NCBI RefSeq assembly: GCF_006345805.1
Contig: NC_043001.1
Coordinates: 83,514,001 to 83,578,000, forward strand
Source: Octopus sinensis
Taxonomy: Eukaryota
DNA length: 64,000 bases
Direction: 5' to 3'
Shown here: positions 38,311-50,995 of the stretch, one piece after another
How the letters are laid out: every line of letters begins with the position of its first letter
How positions within the stretch are numbered: position 1 is the stretch's first letter
Position numbers and translations under genes: made by a program
Notes under the pieces: generated by a model
The model's input: the letters and a program-made list of their open reading frames with translations, nothing else
Told to the model about the DNA's origin: nothing
Databases searched by the model: none

Positions 38311-38868
38311 GTTCAACATTATATATACATATATATATGGGGTGGGAGTAAGCTCATGATGAAATAGTAGGAGCACCATGTAAATATTAAACCTGGTGGG
38401 GCCCATACAACTCCAGATCTAAGCACTGTGAATTTCTGCCAGAGAGACAGGGAGAGAAAAGAACTGAACCCCAGTACAAGACTGTTACTTTATTTATCAA
38501 CTCGTAAAGGATGAAAGATAAAGATGGCTTTGGTGGGATTTGAGGATTTGAACTCACAACACTAAGAATCAAAACAAAGAGTGCATAGCAGTCGACCCAA
38601 TGCTGTACTGACTCTGCCAACTCATACACACACACACACACACACACACATATATGTGGGTGCATGTTGCATGTGTGTGAATGTATACAAAGCACCAAAA
38701 TAAGAGTTTTATTAAAAACATCATCAAAATATCTGAGTGAATCAGAGAGCATATGGTTAAATAATAAGAACTGGACTGCAAGAGGAATTTATTAGGGTTG
38801 GATAAACTGATGGATGGTTTCTGGTATAGCCAGCATTTTATAGTTTGCATATATACATACATACATAT

Positions 38869-38902
<34 letters not shown>

Positions 38903-39172
38903 GTGGAGGTGCAATGGCCTAGTGGTTAGGGCAACGGACTTGCGGTTGCAGGATCGCGGTTTCGATTCCCAGACCGGGCGTTGTGAGTGTTTATTGAGCG
39001 AAAACACCTAAAAGCTCCACGAGGCTCCGGCAGGGGGTAGTGATCCCTGCTGTACTCTTTTACCACTCTTTCTCCCACTCTTTCTTCTGTTGGCCTGCTC
39101 GCTTAGCCAGCGGGGTGGCGTCCATTCGAAGGCTAAAACAATGTGAATGCATTGTGACCAGCGATGTGTAAC
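38903..39172 (+). mobile_element. SINE family D (tRNA-like head)
   Basis: gtggaggtgcaatggcctagtggttagggc...gtttcgattccc; second copy 57516-57820, tail fragment on minus strand at 47608-47735. Confidence 0.8.
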
Positions 39173-40839
39173 ATATATATATATATATATATATATAGCA
39201 GTTAGTTAAAAAAATGGGAAGCAAATTTCATGTTTGCAGCTCTTAGAGATTGTATAAAAATATATACACACCCATATACAAAAAGATATCTATACATGTA
39301 TATCTATAAAAACACACACACATATGTATGTATATGCTTATATAAACACATATGGTAGCCTGCAATACTGAACTTAATTCCTTTTCAAGGTTTGAAAAGA
39401 TGAAGGCTTCAATACTCTTGTTTGCAACTCAAGTTCAAAAGAGCCAATCACTATCACTTGTTGATATTCTTTTATTGGTTCCAGTTAGTAAGTTGTGGCC
39501 ATACTGGAGCAAAGCCATCAAAAGATATATTTAGCACCTTGGTTTTTCCCAAGTAGTTACCCATCTATGTAGGTAACAGGTTTGGCATTGCATAACTTGG
39601 GTGACCAGATACAAAAAAAAAAAAAAACCACAAACCCAGTGTTATCAGCATGTATGAAAAAAAAAAGAACAATTATACAAAATATTTGGTGGGAGGGAAA
39701 AGTACATACGCACACATACAAAATAATTAGCTTAGTTTGGTAAAGAAAGCATTTAATTTGAAAAAAAAATGAATGACAAACTTGTGTTCATATCAGAACA
39801 CATACACACAAAACACCCCTTTATAATATTACAAACAAAAACAACTTTAATTTAGTTTTCTATCCTCTCCTATTTAGAATGAAGCTATGTAATAAAATGG
39901 TTCTTATAAGTTATACTTTATGTTCCTCAAAGTATCATCGATTCTTTGAAAGTGGTATAACATATCTGTTTAGCAATATATCTATGTGTTGTGACACATT
40001 TCTAATTAGTATATAGCTATGTAGAAGGCAGGTCATCATTTTAATTATGAAATTTTCAGTCAGACTTACATGATATGTTTGTTTTGAGAGATCGTTAGAT
40101 AAATTTTTATTTGATCATTAATCAATGGCGAATGTGTGTTTAAACAAAATGCAGATGCATATATAATGGTTATATGAATGATTTCCAAAAGAACATGCTG
40201 GATGATATGTACTTAAAATGTTAGGCGCCGGCATGGCTTGCTTCCCAACCACATGGTTCTCGGTTCAGTCCCACTACATGACACTTTTGGCAAGTGTCTT
40301 CCACTATAGCCTCAGGCCAACCAAAGCCTTGTGAGTGGATTTGGTAGACAGAAAATGAAAGAAGCCTGATGTATATACATATACATATATATATATATAC
40401 ACATGTATATGCGTGTGTCTTTGTCCCCCCCCCATCATTGCTTGACAACCAGTGTTGGTGTGTTTATGTCCCTGTAACCTAGCAGTTCAGCAAAGAGACC
40501 AATAAAATAAGTACTAAGCTTTAAAAAAAATAAGCTCTAGGATCGAATTGTTCAACTATAAATTCTTCAAGGCAGTGCTCCCTAATCCTAACCCTAAACA
40601 ACAACAACAACAACAACAATATTCCTTTGTACTTTAAGCACAATACCTGAAGTTTGACTACAAGGGGTTAGTTGATTACATCAACCCTAGTACATGACTG
40701 GTACTTTATTTTATCAACCCTGAAAGGATGAAAGGCAAAGTGGGCCTCAATAACATTTAAGCTCAGAATGTAAAGAGCCGGAAGAAACACCACTAGGTAT
40801 TTTGTCAGTTGTGCTAATGATTCCGCTAGCTCCCCAATT

Positions 40840-40894
<55 letters not shown>

Positions 40895-41097
40895 CCTTTC
40901 TATGATAGGCACATGGCCTGGAATTTGAGGGGAGGGGATGGTCGTTTGCATCAACTCACCAGTACTTACTTGACTAGTACTTAATTTATAGACCCTGAAA
41001 GGATGAAAGGCAAATTTGATTTTGGCAGAATTTGAACTCAGAACCTAGCGACAGATGAAATACCGCTAAGTATTTTGTCCAGTGTGCTTCATCATAA

Positions 41098-41172
41098 TGA
41101 GAAGAAGAAGGAGGAGGAGGTGAAGAAGAAGAAGAAGAAGAAGAAGAAGAAGAAGAAGAAGAAGAAGAAGAA
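41098..41172. repeat. (GAA)n trinucleotide microsatellite
   Basis: Direct reading. Confidence 0.95.
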
Positions 41173-42256
41173 TCCTTTCTACTATAGGCACAAAACCTGA
41201 AATTTTAGGGGTAGTGGCTTGTCACTTATATTGACCCTAGTGCTTAACTGGTACCTAGTTTCATTGACCCCGAAAGGATGAAAGACAAAGTCGACCGTCG
41301 TTGAATTTGAACTCAGAGACAAATGCCATTAAGCATTTTGTCTGGCATGATAATATTTCTGCCAGCTTGCCATCTTGATAATAATAATGATGATGATGAT
41401 GACGATGATGATGATCACGATGAAATAATTTTGTTTAGCCAGCTGTCAACATGGCCTGGTGTCCACCTCTCATAATTAGTGCATAGTTATATTTCAGAGT
41501 GGCCTCTATTTTGAGAAGAAATTTGCAACCAGTCCAGTCCAGTCCAAAGTGTTAAATTAGTTTTAATAAACAGTATATTATGTCCATTCATTTAGATAAA
41601 ATGTAGGTCGTTATTTCCTGTTTTGTGCACAGCTAAAGAAACATTAAGGGATGGTCTCAGTTTTTATCAAGCAGATATTTTGCCAATGGCTCAAGACACA
41701 CACACACATATGTATATATGTATGTGTGTGTGTCTGTGTAAATATATTGGAGTGTCTCAAAGCACAGATATAAAGCTATAATTAATAGCATGTAAATATT
41801 GGATTTATGCTTTGTGTGTGTGTGTTTGTGTGTATGTGCAAGTCTTAAATAAAGTGCATATGTCCTGATTATAGAATTTAATACCAGAGAACCACATTCG
41901 TCTCTGTATCTGTTGCGAAGATTGTCAGAGATATATATATATATATATATAAAAAGGAGTAGTTTTACTCATAGAGTAAAATATTAAAAAATTATTCAAA
42001 ACTAAAATAACAACAACAAAAACAATAATAATAATAATAATAATAATAATGAGAGCACCAAAACAATTGTGTTCAAAACTAAGTTGCAAAACAATTAAAA
42101 GTCTGTACATATTTTTCCTTTTTTTTTGTTTGTTTTTAGCTTTCTTTCTTTCTTGTTTGTAAAAAAATAAAAATAAAAGTTAAAAAGTTCTCAGTTTAGA
42201 TCAAAATAATTGCTATATCATCTTTTACAATATTACCACATACCTGAAGCTTTTAT

Positions 42257-42313
<57 letters not shown>

Positions 42314-43155
42314 GTATAGTACTTTTTTTCTTAAATACATGCTAGCATGCTTGAATAAACTATGTGGACAGTTGACTGATCTCGCAGCCATCTTGCCTCA
42401 ACACATATACAAACACTTACAAAAAAAAAAATAACAACACAAGTCCTTTTTATAGGTAGAAAACTTCAACATCCATTCATAGCATTAACTTACAATTAAG
42501 ACACACAAAGTGTACGTATTTTTTTTTTTAATTTCATTCTGATGTCTACTAGCCTGCCACTAGGTACAAAATATATACTAACATTCACTTACTGACTATC
42601 ATTTACAACACCAGTAAATACTAATCTAGTATCACTACAATCATTTACTCGGATTTACTCTGAGATGCTTATAAGTCTTTAAAATACTCTTATCACCATC
42701 CTTTTCAAAAATGGTGGCTTTTCAAAGCTTTTTAGAGTAAATGGTAATATATTTCACAAAAGCAAAATTACTTCTCAAGGGTTCTAATTAGAGGGGCTTT
42801 GGATGAAATTATACATTGCAATACACATATATCTATATCTACACCCCTATACACATTTATACATGCATGCACTTATACATACTCACACATATAAAAACAC
42901 ATACAAAAATATGCGCAGACATATTTTAAAAATATATATATATATATATATACACACACAGTAAACATCTACAGATCTGAAATAAGTCAAGATTATAGTC
43001 TCAAAAATTATAATCTTATATACATATATACACACATATTTTGCGTAAAAACCTTTAATGCATTATATAGTCAAGACTTTAAAATGAAACATAGATACTC
43101 TATTTTAGCCTTGCATATACACAGCCTAACCTACAAAATACATATACATATATAT

Positions 43156-43206
<51 letters not shown>

Positions 43207-43344
43207 CAATCTTATATAGCATGGACACATCAGCTAGCTGAAAACATGTTAACTCACAGGGGAGTCTAGTTAATGAAAAAAGGCAGATTGTACAAAATTT
43301 TTATTATGTATGACCTTGTAACCATGGATACCATACACACAGAT

Positions 43345-43389
<45 letters not shown>

Positions 43390-44237
43390 GATATAGATAT
43401 AAATATACATATATGTATATGTATAGGTTGACATTTCCTGTCAAGAAATTGTATGCAAGTATTCTTTAAAAAATCCCTTATTTGGAAAGCAAGTAAGGGT
43501 TGGCGACAGGAAGAGCATCCAGCTGTGAAAATCCTGCCTCAAATTTACTCCCATGTAAACCATGCTAGCATGGAAAACAGGCACTAAATGAAACGAATGA
43601 ATGAACAATACACACACACACATACATATAATTTGTGTGTGTATGTATATATATTTGAAATTTATAGAAAAACTAAAGCAGGTGTATTAGTTTGATGCTT
43701 GTGAAAATGAAATATATATGATACATATAATATAATGTAATATATATATACACACACAAATATTTATGTAAATATATATAGACACATATACATACATGTA
43801 TATACATATATGTAATTATAAGTTGGTTGAACACAACACAAGACACCACTAACATTTTGCTCACATAAAAAAAAAACTCATGGCTTGAACTAAAGAATTG
43901 CATGAAATAGTTGTCCATGAGTTAACTGCCAATAGTTGCCAGCATTGGTTTCACGTTGATCAAATTAAATACTCTCCTTTATGAAATTGAGTACTTAATC
44001 TTTTTTTCCTTCATAATTATTAACGTACACACATATACAGACATATAAACACATGTGCACAAACTTGACAGTTTAGCACAGGAATGGAATACAAATTGAA
44101 ACTAAAAAGAAAATCATGTTATGATAGAAATGAAAATGATGACCACAACAAAAGTCTGCTGAGATGCAGATAGTGGATGGAATCAGAGTTGGTAGGAAGA
44201 CTTTTGAATAAGTCGATATACTGATATCTTCTTTTGT

Positions 44238-44258
44238 TTAAAGCCTCTCGTGGGTGTT
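44238..44258 (-). CDS. SLC26: SLC26 predicted terminal coding exon (NTHERL-stop), followed by presumed long 3' UTR
   Basis: Strong acceptor TCTTTTCTTTTTTTCCCTCCAG at 44259-44280; phase 0 join with the 46170 donor. No homology support. Confidence 0.55.
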   Translation of the reverse strand, partial: NTHERL

Positions 44259-44334
44259 CTGGAGGGAAAAAAAGAAAAGAAAAGATATTTAGTTTATAAC
44301 AAATAAATATTGCAATAATGTAATGAATGAATAT

Positions 44335-44915
44335 TCTTTTCTACTCTAGGCACAGGGCTCGAAATTTTTAGGGAGGGGTCCAGTTGATTAGATTGACCCC
44401 AGTTCGCAAATGCTACTTAATTTATCAACCCCGAAAGGATGAAAGGCAAAGTTGGCCTCGTCGGAATTTGAACAAGAACATAAAGACAGACGAAATACCT
44501 ATTTCTTTACTACCCACAAAGAGCTAAACACAGAGAGGACAAACAAGGACAGACAAACGGACTAAGTCGATTATATTGATCCCAGTGCATAATTGGTACT
44601 TATTTAATCGACCCTGAAAGGATGAAAGGCAAAGTTGACCTCGGTGGAATTTTAACTCAGAACATAACAGCAGACGAAATACCTATTTCTTTACTACCCA
44701 CAAGGGGCTACACACAGAGAGGACAAACAAGGACAGACAAACGGATTAAGTCGATCATATCGACCCCAGTGTGTAACTGGTACTTATTTAATTGACTCCC
44801 GAAAGGATGAAAGACAAAGTCAACCTTGGCGGAATTTGAACTCAGAACGTAACAGCAGACGAAATACGGCTACGCATTTCGCCCGGCGTGCTAACGTTTG
44901 TGCCAGCTCGCCGTC
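44335..44915 (-). repeat. Tandem array of SINE family B segments (about 180-bp unit)
   Basis: Junction cagacgaaata|cctatttctttactacccac occurs twice (about 44497 and 44679); one head at 44915. Confidence 0.85.
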
Positions 44916-45723
44916 TTTAATGAATGCATATTAACCATATAATAGCTATCATAAAAATAGAAGTGAAATAACTGGCACTCTGTTGGTTGTTATGATGATG
45001 AGGGCTCCAGTTGATCTGATCAATGTAACAGTCTGCTTGTGAAATTAATGTGTAAATGACTGAGCACTCTAGACGTGTACTCTTAATGTAGTTCCCAGGA
45101 AGATTCAGCAGGAAACAAACTGTGAGAAAGCTGGTCCTTTGAAATACAAGTACTACCCATTTGGGACTGGAGTAACATGAAATAAAGCATTTTGCTCAAG
45201 GACACAACACACAGCTGGGAACTGAACTCCCGACTTTACGATCATGAGCTAAGTATCCTTACCACTAAGCATTGCAGCTTCAGAGGTGAAATATTGTAGT
45301 CTTAATAGATGCATAACAAAATAGTATAAAACATACATTTTTAGATGTGTCTAATGTTGCGGGGACATGTTCAGTAAAGTGGTGGGTGTTAGGAAGAGCA
45401 TCCAGCTGTAGAAACTAAGTGCGTATATGTTTGTGTGTCTGTGTTTGTCCCCCCAACATCGCTTGACAACTGACGCTGGTGTGTTTACGTCTCCGTAACT
45501 TAGCAGTTCAGCAAAGGAGACCGACAGAATAAGTACCAGGCTTACAAAGAATAAGTCCTGGAGTCAATTTGCTCAACTAAAGGCAGTGCTCTAGCATGGC
45601 CGCAGTCAAATGACTGAAACAAGAAAAAAGAGAGTAATAATCTTTAAGCAGGAAGTGTGTTGCTTCATTTGCGCAGCATTAAAATCAAACCAAGAATTAT
45701 GAGTGTTATAATATCCTAGGATT

Positions 45724-46062
45724 GCTGAGACCCCCTTCAGTCATGACTGACCATGAGATTGCACCTAGAAAGTTACCCTCCTAGGCACAAGTCCGGGCAA
45801 GGTTGTTTATGGAAGACCAGCAGTCGCCCATGCATACTGGCCTCCCCTCTCCATGCTACTACCATTATCCAAGAGAAAGGTAAAGGCTGATACAGCTTGG
45901 CACCTGTGACGTTGCAACTCATTTCTACAGCTGAGTGAACTGGAGCAACGTGAAATAAAATGTCTTGCTCAAGAACACAACATGCAGTCCGGTCCAGGAT
46001 TCGAACTCACAACCTCGCAATCGTAAGTTCGACGCTCTAACCACTGAGCCATGTGCCTTCAC
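45724..46062 (-). mobile_element. SINE family C with 12-bp TSD
   Basis: TATCCTAGGATT at 45712-45723 and 46063-46074; A box TGGCTCAGTGG, B box GTTCGAATCC. Confidence 0.9.
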
Positions 46063-46169
46063 TATCCTAGGATTAATGAATTACATAATAGGTTAATTTT
46101 TGCATGATTAGCTCTAAACAGATGAAGTTGTAAGTTCAAAAGTTGAAGAAAAAAAACGAAGAAACCAAC

Positions 46170-46265
46170 CATGTTGTTCATTTGAATACACTCAACGTCT
46201 GCATCTAAGCGGGATGTTGAAGCTTTTGTCACAGATTCTTTAGATCCTGGCTCCAAACTATGAGC
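46170..46265 (-). CDS. SLC26: SLC26 penultimate coding exon (AHSLEPGSKESVTKASTSRLDADVECIQMNNM)
   Basis: Pyrimidine-rich AG acceptor 46266-46267, in frame with the preceding exon; donor ATG|GTTGGT is non-consensus; low-complexity tail without homology support. Confidence 0.62.
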
Positions 46266-46540
46266 CTGAAGAAAAAGATAGAAAGAAGGAAAAAAATCAT
46301 AACATGGGCTCAGAAAAATTTAAATTTCAAACTTAAGTCACCAAGCACAGACCTAGCAGTGTGGTAAAAAAAATTTTTCCCCACCACATGGTTCCAGGTT
46401 CAGAAATGTATATTATATAATGTACATAAGGTAATATCATATCTTACCTGTTTATTTTCATTGATTGACATTACCTAACATATTTTGCTTAACATCTCAA
46501 CTGCATTGCTCAAAGATATTTTAAAATACTTCAAGATATA

Positions 46541-46920
46541 GGTGCAGGAGTGACTGTGTGGTAAGTAGCTTGCTTAGCAACCACATGGTTCCGGGTTCAG
46601 TCCCACTGTGTGGCACCTTGGGCAAGTGTCCTCTACTATAGCCTTGGGCCGACCAAAACCTTGTGAGTGGATTTGGTAGACGGAAACTAAAAGAAGCCTG
46701 TTGTATATATGTATATGTATATGTATGTGTGTGTTTGTCTCCCCAGCATCGCTTGACAACTGATGCTGGTGTGTTTATGTTCCCATAACTTAGCGGTTCG
46801 GCAAAAGAGACCGATAGAATAAGTACTAGGCTTACAAAGAATAAGTCCTGGGGTCGATTTGCTCGACTAAAGGCGGTGCTCCAGCATGGCCACAGTCAAA
46901 TGACTGAAACAAATAAAAGT
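46541..46920 (+). mobile_element. SINE family A, full length
   Basis: Complete family A structure. Confidence 0.85.
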
Positions 46921-47254
46921 GAGCAAAAGAAAAAGAGAGATATCTGGCGCCTTGCTGCACTCAAGAAGACCTGTCCAGTACAGCAGAATTAATACAAGTG
47001 CCAGTGCCACGTTAAAAAGCACTCAGTACACTTTATGGAATGGTTGGTGTCAGGAAGAGTGTCCAGCCATAGAAACCATGCCAGAACAGACAATGGAGCC
47101 TGGTGTGGCCCCTGGCCTTACCAACTCCAGGTAAACCGTCCAACCCATGCCAGCATGGAAAAACAGACGTTAAATGATGATGATGATGATGTACACACAC
47201 TACAAGGTTTCAAACAAATTACAACACACATATATATATGTACATATATATATA

Positions 47255-47445
47255 TAGTCGCGATGATAGATCATTAGCAACTACACACATTTTTTTCTCT
47301 CCTTGTTTTTTCTCTGTCCCTTTCTGTAGAAGAGCGTAGGCTCGAAACGTAAAAGAGTTTTTCTATTCCTGAGCGTTATACTAATACATCTGTTTGTTTT
47401 GTACACCACCTGTCTTCGTATTTTGTTTTTTTCGTAAACTCTCCT
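47255..47445 (+). mobile_element. Short repeat with a minimal hammerhead-ribozyme-like motif, probable Penelope-like terminal-repeat derivative
   Basis: ccctttCTGTAGAA-GAGC-gtag-GCTC-GAAAC-GTA-aaagag at 47318-47357; flanked by (TA)n. Confidence 0.55.
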
Positions 47446-48111
47446 CATATATATATATATATATATAAGTTCAGCAAAATTTAGATTCGAATGAAAATGG
47501 TACTTAAATCAGAAGCACCAGAATTTTGTATGGTATTATCTATATAAATCCATGGGGTGATTATAATCAAAATAAGCAACCGAAGATATACTTGTTGCTT
47601 ATTTTGAGTATATATATCACTGTGATCATTGTGACCGACCAGGCTATCAGATGTTGCTACACATTGCTGGTCACAATGCGCTTCGCATTGTTTTAGCCTT
47701 CAAATGACACCACCCCGCTGGTTAAGCAAGCAGGCCATATATATATATATATATATATATTCATGTGTGTGCATGAGCGAGCTAGTGTGCGCATGTGCAC
47801 TGAGATCAAAATCTTATATCACAAACAACATAGATAAGATAACTTTACACCCATCCATACAAGTTCATATATACTGGGTTCAGAATGCACAGATGGAAAC
47901 TGCAAAAACATACACATGTTTATATAAGACATACATCATTTACACACAATTGTTTCCCCTATTCCTCTTGTATGTATGAAACTATACTCTTTCTGGGTCA
48001 CTTCCAGTCATTCAAATTTTGCTATTTTCTCAACGACTTGACATGGAACATGTACTCTTTCCTTTACTGATACAATGCAAACACATACATACAGACACAG
48101 ATACACAAACA

Positions 48112-48680
48112 TCTATTATATAAAATCCGTTCTGCCTGTGTGTGTGTCTTCTAGGATCTCAGGCATCCTTCATCCAATTGTGCTCAAATTTGATATGTAG
48201 ATACCGACGGTATCAGGGCGTGTATAAGTCTTGAAAAAATTACAAAAATTGATTCCAGGTGAGAATGTGATTGATAAAGCTGTGGGAACATGCATTTGTA
48301 CGTGCAAGTACATCAGCTGTTGTGATCGATACTATATATACATGTGAAAAATGTACGTGCAGTGTGTGCAAAAAAAGCCGGCTGGCTTGAAATAATGCTA
48401 CAAAATGCAGTATATTTAAGGGACCCAAAAAGTAAGATGCAAAAGAGATAGTTTCTTCAAACTTGGCATGAAGGAAGGAAAGCCTATTTGATTTCTCAAG
48501 AAGTTTTTTATTGCCTTAACTTCATTTAACAAAACCAAAAATTTTATTGAAATAAAGGCATGCTTAATTATTTTTTAATGAAAAGAAAACATTGATTTCT
48601 TTTTATTCAGCAGATATGATTCAGTTCCGTCCATTGGACAGGGGGCGTTTTGCTTGTATAGACATAAGGACCATGCTGCT
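48112..48680 (+). mobile_element. Non-autonomous Helitron-like element, 5' part
   Basis: Begins A|TCTATTATATAAAATCCG; reverse-complement match to 20222-20793. Confidence 0.72.
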
Positions 48681-48756
48681 CTAAGAAAGTGGATCAGCCA
48701 TTGATTAGAAATTACTAAAATATTGATTTGATATGGTTTAAAGTAGGAATTCTTAC

Positions 48757-48924
48757 CTGTGAATTTGGTTGTATGACAGAAAGTACAGCATCATGGACAG
48801 TGACAAACAAAGAATTCTCTGTAACAGATTCATACAAGTGGCCTTTCACAAACATCTCTCTGATGGCTGATTTACATTGGGCCAACAACACTTTGACACC
48901 AATTCGTTCATATTCAGTGAAAAC
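48757..48924 (-). CDS. SLC26: SLC26 STAS C-terminal exon (VFTEYERIGVKVLLAQC...LFVTVHDAV)
   Basis: EYxxIGVxVLLAxC and FxTVHDAV are SLC26 STAS motifs; AG 48925-48926, GT 48756-48755; 168 nt, phase 0 to 0. Confidence 0.94.
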
Positions 48925-49124
48925 CTGGACAAGAAATAGAAATATCAGCTTGAGATAATTATTATTATTATTTCTATTACATTCTGAATTCAAATTCCAC
49001 AGTGGTCAATTTTGCCCTTTGTCCTTTCAGTGTCAATAAAATATGTACCAGTTGTGCACTGAGGATGAGGTAATTGACTTCTTTCCTCCCCCGAAATTAC
49101 TGTGTGCCAAAATTTGAAACAGTT

Positions 49125-49705
49125 ATTATCATTATTATTATTATTGAGTGAGAGAACAGTGCATGCCATCAAAGTGGCATTGGGGTAAAATATACAAAGC
49201 CCAGTATACCCATCATGACTACCCGTCTGATAAGGATACACTAGACACATGCATCACAACCATATGTGCATGACATGGTGATCTCATATCAAGACAAACA
49301 GCACATGACCTTGCAGGTGGGGGCCCAGTTAGAATTTTCTTCAGGTCGAGTAACCCATCCCGCTCAAAAGGTCCCTGAATAAGGGTTGTTTAAGGATGTT
49401 GAACGGAACACCCATGCTCCCAGAGGTGAATTATTCAAACCCCAAAGAATCCCTCTGAACACATGGCTATTATGCTCCCCCACTACTTCTGCTCATGATC
49501 AGAGATGCACATATTGTCAGCCACTAAGGGACATGGTCAACTGGTTATGGTCAACAATTGACAAGCAAATCCGTGGTATTGTGCAGAATATTTGCTGTAG
49601 CCCATCTTTTTTACCAAGACAAAACATGTACATGATAACACTTCCAATCAGTTAAGATCAGAAGCCATGAGAGCCACTGCCTGATACTGCATCAGGGCAT
49701 TAATT
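49125..49705 (-). repeat. Interspersed repeat with (AAT)n ends, possibly a LINE 3' end
   Basis: High-complexity non-coding block bounded by (ATT)n tracts; single copy in this window, so family status is inferred. Confidence 0.3.
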
Positions 49706-50995
49706 ATTATTATTGTTATTATTATTATTACTAAGGTGGCAAGCTGGCAGAATCCTTAGCATGCTGGGCAAAATACTTAGTGGCATTTTGCCCATTGCTA
49801 TAATCTGAATTCAAATTCTGCTGAGGTTGGCTTTGCCTTTCAACCTTGCCCCCGGAATGGAGTGTGGAGTTGGGGGGTGGTAAGAGGGAAGGGCATTCTA
49901 AATTAAGTACCAGTGAAACACTGATGGGGGTCAATGTAATAAACTAGTCCCCACCCCAAATTTCAGGCCTTGTGTCTTTAGTAGAAAAGATTATCATCAT
50001 TCTTCTTCTTCTTATTATTATTATTCTTATTCTTATCATTATTATTATTATTATCCTTATCATTATTATTATCATCATCATTATCATTTAAAGTGGCAAG
50101 CTGGCAGAATTGTTAGCACTCTGGACAAAGTGCATAGTGGTATTTCAGCTGACACTACAATCTGAGTTCAAATTCCACCTTTCATTCTTTCGGGGTCAAT
50201 AAATTAAGTACCAGTGAAACACTGGGGGTCGATGTAATTGACTAGTCTCCTCGCCCCAAATTTCAGTCCTTGTGCCTTTAATAAAAAGGATTATTATTAT
50301 TACTATTACTAGCAAAAATACTGTCCCACTGGATGGTTTTCTGCTAGTTACAATTACTAGCAAATCTATTCATCCAAGATGGAGGCATAAAATGAGGGAG
50401 GGAAGTCATAACAGCAGTCTGTATTGAGAAATGTGTAAATGGACTTGATAGATTGCTGGGTGATGTCTTAGAGAAATCACATTGTTGGTGATACAGCATT
50501 CTATTGCAGCTATATGACATGTGTTTGCGACTAAGTGACATGTAATGATGATTCACCCCTGAACTGAAATAGGCTCCAAGCCTTTGTATCATGAATGGTT
50601 ATGTGGACCACTCCTAATGAAAGCCAGAGCTTCCTTCGACCACTACATAAAATGTATTAAGAAAAAATGTTATTTAGATATACTTTTATTTTAGTTGTTT
50701 ACACTATTTTACGCTTATTTATACTCTTATACATTCAAAGTTCACAAATTTCCTTATTTAGATTATGAATCATATTCCTTCTGATGATATCAATATGATT
50801 ACAAAACTTCTTTGTAGACGATATTTTCTGTTCGGTCAACACTAATTTTCAAATTACTGGAGTCCATTGCTCTGCTTGTAGCAATATATAACTGGCTGTG
50901 TGTAAACATCGGAGTGGGTAAAAACACAGTTTGGCCCTGTGCCTTGTTTGCTGTGAATGCACAAGCAGAATCCAGGGCTGCAAAAAATCAAACTA

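Noticed and set aside
50775-50812. CTGATGA...CAAAAC hammerhead-like remnant
   Set aside because: GAAA core is mutated and stems I and III cannot be formed convincingly.
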